From Minisyncoccota bacterium (GTDB lineage Bacteria > Patescibacteriota > Minisyncoccia > Moranbacterales > UBA2206): a stretch of DNA of 64,000 nt. The stretch covers positions 666-64,665 of the forward strand of contig JARLIA010000014.1 of assembly GCA_031291955.1 (NCBI GenBank), read 5' to 3'. This document shows positions 1 through 8,047 of this stretch, piece after piece. The position numbers and the translations under genes are program-made. Within the stretch, counting starts at the first letter, position 1, and each line of letters begins with the position of its first letter. The notes below the pieces were generated by a model. The model had not been told where the DNA came from. It worked only from the letters and a program-made list of their open reading frames with translations, and ran no database searches.

Positions 1-577
1 CAACCACAAAGATCACTTTTTTCGAATCGGTAAAATGAAACATCTCTCGAGCGCGGACTGCGTCACCCGCGGCAATATCGCTCCGAAGCGGACTGCCCGT
101 CAAGACAACCTGGGAGGCCGGAAAGTATATCTCAGCTTGCGAATATGACACCGCCACCCTTTCTGAGAATTTGGCCAAGACCGAATTGGCTAAACCCGGA
201 TTGGCGTCCGACTCATGGATCATGATCGGGATACGGTAGAGCCAGCCGACAAAAACGACCGGAAACGAAGCGTAGCCGCCTTTGGAAAAGATAGCATCTG
301 GCATCAACCAAAGCAAGTGCCAAAGCGCCTGAATAATCCCAATGGGAATCTTAAAAATATCCACGAAATGCCAAAAGGAAAAATAGCGGCGCATCTTCCC
401 TGCCATAACGCCCTTGGTCGGAATCCCTTGAGCATCCATCAGCTTTTTTTCCAAATCGCCTTTCGGCCCAACAAAAATAAACTCGCAATCCGGCGCTTTT
501 TCTTTGATTTTTTCCGCCACGGCGACCAGTGGAACAATATGCCCGCCAGTACCGCCACCTGTCAATACAATACGCAT
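1..577 (-). CDS. murG: UDP-N-acetylglucosamine--N-acetylmuramyl-(pentapeptide)-PP-undecaprenol GlcNAc transferase MurG, N-terminal part; C-terminus runs off the window
   Basis: The reverse-strand translation starts MRIVLTGGGTGGHIVP, which is the glycine-rich MurG N-terminus. It lies next to ftsW as in the dcw cluster. Confidence 0.8.
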   Translation of the reverse strand, partial: MRIVLTGGGTGGHIVPLVAVAEKIKEKAPDCEFIFVGPKGDLEKKLMDAQGIPTKGVMAGKMRRYFSFWHFVDIFKIPIGIIQALWHLLWLMPDAIFSKGGYASFPVVFVGWLYRIPIMIHESDANPGLANSVLAKFSERVAVSYSQAEIYFPASQVVLTGSPLRSDIAAGDAVRAREMFHFTDSKKVIFVV

Positions 578-584
578 AGACAAT

Positions 585-718
585 TTACAATTATCAATTT
601 TCAATTTTCAATCAATTTTTAAATTTTCAATTTTTAAATTTTCAAACCAGCATTGGAAATTGAAAATTAAATCATTGAAAATTCATTGTAAATTGAAAAT
701 TGTAAATTGAAAATTTTT
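585..718. repeat. AT-rich imperfect inverted-repeat element; left arm carries (AATTTTCAAT)n, right arm carries (ATTGAAAATT)n
   Basis: Tandem ttttcaat units occur on one side and attgaaaat units on the other, centred near position 655. The element sits in the ftsW-murG intergenic region. Confidence 0.6.
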
Positions 719-756
719 TATCTTATCAGATTAATAAAACACTCTTATAAATAAAC

Positions 757-1875
757 CTACTTTACTTCAGCGTATTTGGATATATTCAACAATATTCCCA
801 CTCCCGCCATCAAAAATATGATCGACGTTCCGCCGTAGCTGATGAAGGGCAAGGGAATGCCGGTGAGCGGGATAAGTCCGGAAATGGCGGCAATGTTGAC
901 AAAGGCCTGGAAAACAATCCAACCAGTTATTCCGACTGCCGCCAATCGCGAAAATCGGTCCGGCGCATTTTTGGCAACATGGAAGCCCCGCACCGCCACC
1001 AAAACAAAAAGGCCAATCAGAAATATTCCGCCAACAAGACCCAGCTCTTCTCCTATTATAGCAAAAATAGAATCGCCGATCGGTTCCGGCAGATAATTGA
1101 ACTTCTGAAGACTATGTCCAAGACCCACCCCCAGGATGCCGCCTGAGCCGATTGCCAGAAGAGCCTGGTTGATTTGATAGCCGATGCCGCGCGGATCAAG
1201 TTCAGGATGAAGAAAGACCAAAAAACGACTCATCCGATAGGACTCGAATTTGACCAAGGCCACCAAGGCTGCCGCGCCGGCCGCGCCCAAAAGAGCCAAG
1301 TGAGAAAGACGGGCGCCGGAAACAAAAAATATCGACAAGGCGATCAAAATTACCACACCCAATGTCCCGATATCCGGCTGCTTGATCAGCAAAAAACTGA
1401 CCATAGCTACAATGGCCAGAAACGGCGCCAGCCCCTCGAAAAAGTCTTTTACTCGCTCGGTCCTGTTTTCCAGCCAAGCTGCCAGATAGAGAATCATAGC
1501 TAATTTTAACATTTCGGACGGCTGAAAGGAGAACGGCCCCAGGCGCAGCCAGCGGCTGGCGCCGTAAATTTTTGTCTCAAACCCAGGCACAAAAACCAGA
1601 ATCAAAAACAGGATACTGGCCACGAAAAAAGGAAAAGAAATCTTTTTCCAGAAATTATAATCGACCGTCTGAACGGCGAGCATCGCGACCAATCCCGGCA
1701 AAACACCGAAAAAAAGCTGGTGTTTGAAATAATAATACGAGTCGCCGAAACGCGACTCAGAATAAGCGACTCCGGCCGAAGCGACCATCATGAGACCGAA
1801 GATGATCAGTAATAGAATGGCGTACAGCAATGGTTTGTCGGATTGATTAGCTTTAAGCATAATTGTCTGAACCAC
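757..1875 (-). CDS. ftsW: SEDS-family peptidoglycan glycosyltransferase FtsW/RodA
   Basis: The protein is multi-TM with a GGTSIIFLMAGVGILLN C-terminal motif. It lies upstream of murG. Confidence 0.8.
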   Translation of the reverse strand: MVQTIMLKANQSDKPLLYAILLLIIFGLMMVASAGVAYSESRFGDSYYYFKHQLFFGVLPGLVAMLAVQTVDYNFWKKISFPFFVASILFLILVFVPGFETKIYGASRWLRLGPFSFQPSEMLKLAMILYLAAWLENRTERVKDFFEGLAPFLAIVAMVSFLLIKQPDIGTLGVVILIALSIFFVSGARLSHLALLGAAGAAALVALVKFESYRMSRFLVFLHPELDPRGIGYQINQALLAIGSGGILGVGLGHSLQKFNYLPEPIGDSIFAIIGEELGLVGGIFLIGLFVLVAVRGFHVAKNAPDRFSRLAAVGITGWIVFQAFVNIAAISGLIPLTGIPLPFISYGGTSIIFLMAGVGILLNISKYAEVK

Positions 1876-1934
1876 TGATTAACACTGAACGCACGTGATT
1901 TCACGTGAAATAAAATTTCAGTGTAATCAAAAAA

Positions 1935-2606
1935 TCATGTGTTAATCAGTGGTTCTGATTTTGTTTTTTCCTTTCGCCATTTATTTATCTCCTTATGGTT
2001 TCCCGAGAGCAACACTTCCGGCACTTTCCAACCCTGAAAATCTTCCGGTTTAGTATATTGGGGATATTCCAATTGACCTTCCTGATTGTGCGACTCCTCC
2101 TCGATGCTTTCGGCGTTTCCCAGAGCTCCCGGCAATAACCTGGATATCGAATCAACAACAACCATAGCCGGGATCTCACCGCCGGTGAGAACATAATCGC
2201 CGATGGAAATTTCCTCGTCAGCAATATGCTCCGCCACCCGCTCATCCACACCTTCATACCGCCCACAGATCAAAATAAGATTGTCATATTCCGCCAACCG
2301 CTTGGCATCATCTTGAGTATATCGCTTTCCCTTAGCAGAGAATAAAATAGTCCGTGAGCGTAGCGAACTCCTCGACTTTGAACTTAAAGATTGAACACAT
2401 CGCCAGATGGGTTCAATCTTTAACACCATTCCCGCTCCGCCGCCGTACGGCGTATCGTCGACCGTTTTATGTTTGTCAGTCGTCCAATCGCGCAGGTTAT
2501 GGATTTTTATCTCAATCAATTTTTCCTTTTGCGCGCGCTTCAAAATCGACTCATTGAAATATGAATCGAAAATTTCGGGAAAAATTGTAACAATTTTAAA
2601 TTTCAT
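1935..2606 (-). CDS. trmD: tRNA (guanine37-N1)-methyltransferase TrmD
   Basis: The translation carries [13 protein letters not shown] and the SPOUT motifs YGGGAGMV and [13 protein letters not shown]. Confidence 0.85.
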   Translation of the reverse strand: MKFKIVTIFPEIFDSYFNESILKRAQKEKLIEIKIHNLRDWTTDKHKTVDDTPYGGGAGMVLKIEPIWRCVQSLSSKSRSSLRSRTILFSAKGKRYTQDDAKRLAEYDNLILICGRYEGVDERVAEHIADEEISIGDYVLTGGEIPAMVVVDSISRLLPGALGNAESIEEESHNQEGQLEYPQYTKPEDFQGWKVPEVLLSGNHKEINKWRKEKTKSEPLINT

Positions 2607-2695
2607 GATCTTTGCCTGCTTTCATCATACCACACCCCCCTCCAACTAAAAAGACCCTCGAAAGGGTCTCTTCAGGTATATAAGATACAAATTGA

Positions 2696-3016
2696 CTAGA
2701 CACTGAGATCACCGACTACTTCATCGATACTCTTTCTTTCTTCCCGGGGTTTTCTTTCACTGCCTTCCGGTTCGTTAATCTTGAGATTGACGCGGGCGTT
2801 GTTCCGGGCACCGATTACGCGAAGAAGGGTGCGGAGAGCTTTCGCTGTCGCGCCTTCGCGTCCAATGATGATTCCCATATCTTCTGGATTAACATCCAAA
2901 GTGATGAGAACGCCCATCTCGTCGATTTTCCGATCCACTCTCACATCATCCGGACGATTTACGATTTGTTTAACGACATATTCCACGAATTCTTTGTCGC
3001 TTGCTTGTTCTGCCAT
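2696..3016 (-). CDS. KH-domain RNA-binding protein (YlqC/KhpA-like)
   Basis: A GIIIGREGATAKALRTL KH motif is present. The typical position next to trmD supports the call. Confidence 0.7.
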   Translation of the reverse strand: MAEQASDKEFVEYVVKQIVNRPDDVRVDRKIDEMGVLITLDVNPEDMGIIIGREGATAKALRTLLRVIGARNNARVNLKINEPEGSERKPREERKSIDEVVGDLSV

Positions 3017-3261
3017 ACGTTTGTTCAGAGTTAAGGATTATTACCCCGCCGAGACGGGATGATTTTTTGCTGAAAAGACGAGAATGCCGGAAGATCGACC
3101 GCTTCTTTGTCTCGCTTTTCTGTCTAACCATATTATGGGTTATAACCCGCCGTTTGTCAAACCAGAAAAAGACCCTTGCCAAAACGCGAAAGAGCGGATA
3201 AAATGGGACGGAACCGAGTTTTTGAAATTTCCTATTTTCTTTCCGATTTATACGTGGAATC

Positions 3262-3288
3262 GGCGTCCCGGACGGCGTTTTTTTATTT
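3262..3288 (+). terminator. Plus-strand intrinsic-terminator-like hairpin plus T7 run, about 45 nt upstream of the PBP start
   Basis: The sequence is cggcgtcc-cg-gacggcg followed by ttttttt. It is not a terminator when read on the minus strand. Confidence 0.35.
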
Positions 3289-3330
3289 TCCAACAAAAGG
3301 AAATAAAAAAAATCCTGCGTTGTTTTATTT

Positions 3331-5634
3331 ATGATAAATAAACCGCAAAGCGCAAACAAAAATATGAACGGTTCAACCTACATCAAGCTTCTACCGACGC
3401 CTATGGAAAAACCAACAACCAAGCGCTCAAAATTCCCAGCCATCCTAAAACCCGTCCTGAAAAATTTTTTTCTCATTATTTTGGACGTGGCAGTAATGAT
3501 CGGCACTTTAAGCTTGATTGCCGGCTACTACGTTTACGCCAACACGCCACTTCCGGCGGGAATGCCCACCGCGAAAATGGACCAAACCACCCTCATTTAC
3601 GACCGAACTGGCCAGTACATCCTTTACAAGATATACGGCGACCAAAACCGCCAAAGTTTGAAGCACAATCAAATTCCTGATGATATCCGCATCGCCACCA
3701 TCGCTTCCGAGGACAGCAATTTCTATTCTCATGGCGGCATTGACGTAAAGTCCATCGCCCGGGCGGCGCTCACCGATTGGCAATCAGGCAGTTTCCAGGA
3801 GGGAGGCTCCACCATCACTCAACAATTGGTCAGAAGCCTCTACCTTTCCCCGGAAAAAACCTTCCGCCGGAAAGCTATCGAAGCCATCCTGGCCATAAAG
3901 TTTGAGAAACAATACAGCAAGGACCAGATTTTGGATATGTATCTCAATGATGTTCCATATGGACACAATGCCTACGGCATCGAAACGGCGGCTGAAACTT
4001 ATTTCGGCATCCACGCCGATAAATTAACGCTGGACGAAGCCGCTTTTTTGGCAGCGCTTCCGAACGCGCCGACTTATTATTCCCCTTATGGCGGCAATAC
4101 GCAGGCGCTTGTTGCCCGTCAGCAGAATATCTTGAATCGGATTGCCGAGTTGAAATTGGCCGACCCACAGATGATCACCGCCGCCAAAAAAGTGGACACG
4201 CTGGCTAAAATAATTCCACTCAAGGATTCGATCCAAGATCCGCATTTCGTCTTTTACGTTAAACAGCAATTGGAACAGATGTACGGAAAAGATAAAGTCA
4301 AGAATGGCGGACTAAAAGTCTACACCTCTTTGGATTATAACTTGCAAAACATCGCGCAAAAGGACGTTACGCAAGGTGCCGCCTATAACAGTAAAGCCTA
4401 TAATGCCAATAACGCGGCGCTCGTAGCTATTGATCCTAAAACTGGACAAATCCTGGCCATGGTTGGTGGTCCAAATTTCTGGAACACGGCATCCGACGGA
4501 CAGGTCAACGCCGCCCTCGCCCTCCGCTCGCCCGGCTCTTCCTTTAAGCCTTTTGTCTATTCGGAAGCTTTTTTGAAAGGCTATCAGCCGGATACGCTCC
4601 TTCTGGACGCCTCGACTAATTTCGGCCCGGACGGTTCCGGCCGAAACTATATTCCCCGAAATTATGATGGTCGGTCGCATGGCGTAGTCACGATGCGCCA
4701 GGCCCTGGGCATGTCACTCAACATTCCAGCCGTCAAAACTCTGTATCTAGCCGGCATTAACGACACGATAAATCTCGCCGAAAAAATGGGCATCACTACC
4801 CTTGATCCGCAAAAGATTCATTACGGCTTAGCATTGGCTATTGGCGGTGGCGATGTGACGCTTCTCGACGAAACTTCCGGCTATTCGGTTTTTGCCAATG
4901 ACGGCCAGCGAAATCCCGCCACGCCCTTCGTGAAAATTGAAGACAGCAGTGGAAAAATCATCTATCAACCGCAGCCGGAAAACGAACAGGTGTTGGATCC
5001 GCAAGTGGCGCGAAAAATCAGTTCCATTTTGTCCGACAACGCCGCCCGAACGCCGATGTTCGGACCAAACAGCAAATTGGTCGTGCCGGGATATGCTGTA
5101 GCTGCCAAAACGGGAACGTCTCAAGACTTTCGGGACGGCTGGACGGTCGGCTACACGCCGGATCTCGCCGTCGGTGTCTGGACCGGGAACAACAACAACT
5201 CGCCATTCCGAAGCGGTGCGGACGGGGTTTTTGTGGCCGCGCCGATCTGGAATAATTTCATGACCGCTGCTCTCAAAGATTATCCCAAAGAAACTTTCCT
5301 GGCTTACAACAATGAAAATTCCACCTCGGCCAACACTCAGAGCGGCAATTTCAAGATTGTTTATTTCGATAAAAAAACCGGCAAAGTTTTATCTGGCAAG
5401 AAATTGAAAAAGGCCGATCCGGCCAATATTGGAACACGTGTTGAATACGCCGGCAGTTCCGGCAATCTTTCTTCCAGCAACGCTACTGCGAGCGCGGGAT
5501 TAGTCGAAACTCAAAATACCACTGACCCGATGATCCAGGGTTGGCAAGCCAGCCTCAATCAAGCAATTGTCAATTCAGGAAATAGCAGTAATAATTCCGG
5601 CAACGGCGGCAACTCCAAACATCATCACCATTGA
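3331..5634 (+). CDS. Class A penicillin-binding protein (bifunctional GT51 transglycosylase plus transpeptidase) with an Asn/Ser-rich C-terminal tail ending in HHHH
   Basis: An N-terminal TM is followed by the GT51 motifs RIATIASEDSNFYSHGG and RKAIEA. The transpeptidase motifs SSFKP (SxxK) and KTGT are also present. Confidence 0.85.
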   Translation: MINKPQSANKNMNGSTYIKLLPTPMEKPTTKRSKFPAILKPVLKNFFLIILDVAVMIGTLSLIAGYYVYANTPLPAGMPTAKMDQTTLIYDRTGQYILYKIYGDQNRQSLKHNQIPDDIRIATIASEDSNFYSHGGIDVKSIARAALTDWQSGSFQEGGSTITQQLVRSLYLSPEKTFRRKAIEAILAIKFEKQYSKDQILDMYLNDVPYGHNAYGIETAAETYFGIHADKLTLDEAAFLAALPNAPTYYSPYGGNTQALVARQQNILNRIAELKLADPQMITAAKKVDTLAKIIPLKDSIQDPHFVFYVKQQLEQMYGKDKVKNGGLKVYTSLDYNLQNIAQKDVTQGAAYNSKAYNANNAALVAIDPKTGQILAMVGGPNFWNTASDGQVNAALALRSPGSSFKPFVYSEAFLKGYQPDTLLLDASTNFGPDGSGRNYIPRNYDGRSHGVVTMRQALGMSLNIPAVKTLYLAGINDTINLAEKMGITTLDPQKIHYGLALAIGGGDVTLLDETSGYSVFANDGQRNPATPFVKIEDSSGKIIYQPQPENEQVLDPQVARKISSILSDNAARTPMFGPNSKLVVPGYAVAAKTGTSQDFRDGWTVGYTPDLAVGVWTGNNNNSPFRSGADGVFVAAPIWNNFMTAALKDYPKETFLAYNNENSTSANTQSGNFKIVYFDKKTGKVLSGKKLKKADPANIGTRVEYAGSSGNLSSSNATASAGLVETQNTTDPMIQGWQASLNQAIVNSGNSSNNSGNGGNSKHHHH

Positions 5635-5678
5635 TTCTGGATTTACGATCCTGGATGCAATCGACATTTTTAAAAAGT

Positions 5679-6461
5679 TTATTTTGACGTTTGTGTATAA
5701 TTCTTTCTCAGTTTCAATGTAGCCCAAACCACTCCCCCGATCAACACTAAAATAATAATCCCCGCAATCCATTTCCACCAGCCGGAAGAGTAACCAACTG
5801 GATTAGTGTTGATTTTGGGATTGTTTTGCGAATTAATTTTGGATTGTTTCAGTACAGAAGCGAACTGTCCGTTTCCCCCGCTTTCCGGATTAGCGCCAAC
5901 ACCGGTCGTCTCATTGGAAACCACTGTTTCCCCGACTTTCGGCAAAGTCAGAGAATATATTTTGGTGTGTTCACTCTGGCTGTTGTTGTCATGGGAGTAA
6001 ATACGAAAATAGTATTCAGTTCCGGGCGTGAGATTGCCAAGACGCATGGTGTGGTTGTTGCTTTTGATATGGTCGGTTTTTCTGTCAGCCAGGTTTTGGT
6101 CGGTGCCGTAGCGGATTTCTGCGTCGGAGCTGTTGTTGGTCTGCCAAGTGATGTCGATTTCCGTGGGTGAAACGGCCTGGTATTTGACGGCGGAGATGTT
6201 GAGAGAAATAGTGTCGTTGTCGGAATCGATGGACGAAGAACTGCTGCTCGAACTCTGCGTGGCGGAAGAACCGTTCAATGATTCAACGCTGTAATTTTGG
6301 GATCCGGCCGAAGACGACGAAATGGCGCCGGTGCCTATAGTCCCGGCCTCGATGCTCCAGTTCTGACTGCTCATCGTGTCCGCCCGGCTTATAAGCGGGA
6401 AAAGAAGCAAAGCGCTCGCAAGGAAGAAATAGAGCTTTTTTTTGGCTTTGACATGGCTCAT
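5679..6461 (-). CDS. Secreted/anchored protein with Ser-rich linker, FN3-like beta-sandwich and C-terminal TM anchor
   Basis: It has a signal peptide and a poly-Ser run. The segment TPGTEYYFRIYS is FN3-like, and WWKWIAGIIILVLIGGVVW is a C-terminal TM. Confidence 0.4.
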   Translation of the reverse strand: MSHVKAKKKLYFFLASALLLFPLISRADTMSSQNWSIEAGTIGTGAISSSSAGSQNYSVESLNGSSATQSSSSSSSSIDSDNDTISLNISAVKYQAVSPTEIDITWQTNNSSDAEIRYGTDQNLADRKTDHIKSNNHTMRLGNLTPGTEYYFRIYSHDNNSQSEHTKIYSLTLPKVGETVVSNETTGVGANPESGGNGQFASVLKQSKINSQNNPKINTNPVGYSSGWWKWIAGIIILVLIGGVVWATLKLRKNYTQTSK

Positions 6462-7421
6462 TTATTTATTGCTGTTGTTAGGAGTGGTAGTTTCCGCAGC
6501 CAAGTTACTGCCGACAATGATTAAAACATCGGCGTTGGCCGGCTGGACTTCACCAGCCGGGAGATTTTGAACTTGTCCACCGACCGCTTGAGCAATTCGG
6601 CTCACAAGAGCGGAATCTTTCTGGGTCAGATCAACGACGAGAGTGTTAGTGTAATTGCCTTTGGCGTCGCCCGTGCCAATGACGGCTACGCCGGTGAGAC
6701 TGTTGAGGTTAGCCCGGGTATTACTCGTTCCCGCCACATTAGAGCCTTTTTCAATTATCACCTTTAAAGGGTTTATTGTGGCATTGCTGCTATCGGCAGC
6801 AGGAGTGGAATCGGTTTGTATTTGCATTGGGGATGATGGTGCCGGGTTTGCGGCTGAATTGGCTTGAATCGCCAGATTGCTTCCTGGTGAGTTTTGAGCA
6901 GCAGACTGATCAGCTGAGACAGTTTGACCGCTACTACTATTTTGATCGGCAAAAAGCGGGGCCACGTTCACGATCTTGTTGATGCTTGAACGATAGAGGA
7001 TGGCGACTTTGGCGTTGGCGTAAATCAGGATCTTGTCGCCATTCTCCGCGTTTTTGAAAAAAACCTGATTGCCGAGTTTGCTCTTGTCAGAGACAGTAGC
7101 AAGGGTAGGATTTTCTCCTTGCGGGAGAATCATGAGCTTCCCTACTTGAATCACCACCGACTGGGATTTTGCCTGGGTTAAGGCAACAGAACTGGGAATT
7201 TTTTTAAGAACTTTGTATTGCCGGTAATAATACGCGGCGGTGGCAATGAGACCGAGAAAAACCAGCCAGAATAATATTTTCGAAATTCTCCACCGCGAAA
7301 ATATTCTTGAAATTTTTCTTTTTTCTTTTCTGGTGAAAGCAGGCGCGTAATGCAACGCCTCTGAAGCCTGTCTTGCTTCTCTCGCCATGAAACGCTCAAT
7401 TTTTTCCGGATTTCTTTGCAT
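6462..7421 (-). CDS. Membrane-anchored hypothetical protein (paralog A) with low-complexity C-terminal region
   Basis: A basic N-terminus is followed by one TM. The conserved block GKLMILPQGENPTLATV...FFKNAENGDKILIYANAKVAILYRSSINKI is shared with 7439-7948. Confidence 0.5.
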   Translation of the reverse strand: MQRNPEKIERFMAREARQASEALHYAPAFTRKEKRKISRIFSRWRISKILFWLVFLGLIATAAYYYRQYKVLKKIPSSVALTQAKSQSVVIQVGKLMILPQGENPTLATVSDKSKLGNQVFFKNAENGDKILIYANAKVAILYRSSINKIVNVAPLFADQNSSSGQTVSADQSAAQNSPGSNLAIQANSAANPAPSSPMQIQTDSTPAADSSNATINPLKVIIEKGSNVAGTSNTRANLNSLTGVAVIGTGDAKGNYTNTLVVDLTQKDSALVSRIAQAVGGQVQNLPAGEVQPANADVLIIVGSNLAAETTTPNNSNK

Positions 7422-7438
7422 ATGGTTTTGTGGATTAT

Positions 7439-7948
7439 TTATTTGTTCCCTGCTTTGGAAGCAGTTGGAGTTGCGGGCGAGTTTTGAGAAGATGATGGAT
7501 TATTCTGGTCCATGATAAACGGAGCTTCTTTGATTATTTTGTTGATATTGGGCCGATAAAGAATCGCCACTTGAGCTTTGACGTAAATCAAAATTTTATC
7601 GCCATTGGCAGCATTTTGAAAAAAATCTTGGCCCTTCAGCTTGGTGATGTCGTTCACGGTGGCAATAGTTGGAGTTTCCCCTTGTGGAAGCTCAATCAGT
7701 TTTCCCGCTTGAGCAACAGGATCGGCTTTCGCTTTTTGGTATTGGTGATAGAAATATATAGCAACGCCGAGGATGATTACTATCACGAGTCCCCGCAAAA
7801 TTCTGGGAATTCTCTTTCCTCGAGTAATTTTGGTAAATTTTTGTCTTTCTGGTTGCTTCGACGGACGCGCCACAGAAACTTCTTCTGTAATCACCTCGGC
7901 CATATTTCTGTTTTTCTTGACCATGGACATTTCGATGTTGTCTGGCAT
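7439..7948 (-). CDS. Membrane-anchored hypothetical protein (paralog B)
   Basis: It has the same architecture and the same block, GKLIELPQGETPTIATV...FFQNAANGDKILIYVKAQVAILYRPNINKI. Confidence 0.5.
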   Translation of the reverse strand: MPDNIEMSMVKKNRNMAEVITEEVSVARPSKQPERQKFTKITRGKRIPRILRGLVIVIILGVAIYFYHQYQKAKADPVAQAGKLIELPQGETPTIATVNDITKLKGQDFFQNAANGDKILIYVKAQVAILYRPNINKIIKEAPFIMDQNNPSSSQNSPATPTASKAGNK

Positions 7949-8047
7949 AACGATGTCTATAAAAAGTTATTTTTCTCGCTAAACTTATTAATTCTCCAAT
8001 CCGGAAGCCGAAAAAGTTAAGGCGGCCAGACTACAAAATCCCTAATT

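Noticed and set aside
585-718. Is the repeat cluster a CRISPR array? The same question applies to the similar clusters at 46100-46261 and 61107-61232.
   Set aside because: The units are 9-11 nt, degenerate and contiguous, with no unique spacers of 25-40 nt. The arms are inverted relative to each other, and no cas genes are in the window.
2970-3359. A 129-aa minus-strand ORF in the KH/PBP spacer, looked at as a possible rpsP.
   Set aside because: The sequence has no similarity to S16. It is basic, low-complexity and overlaps the PBP start, so it is probably non-coding.
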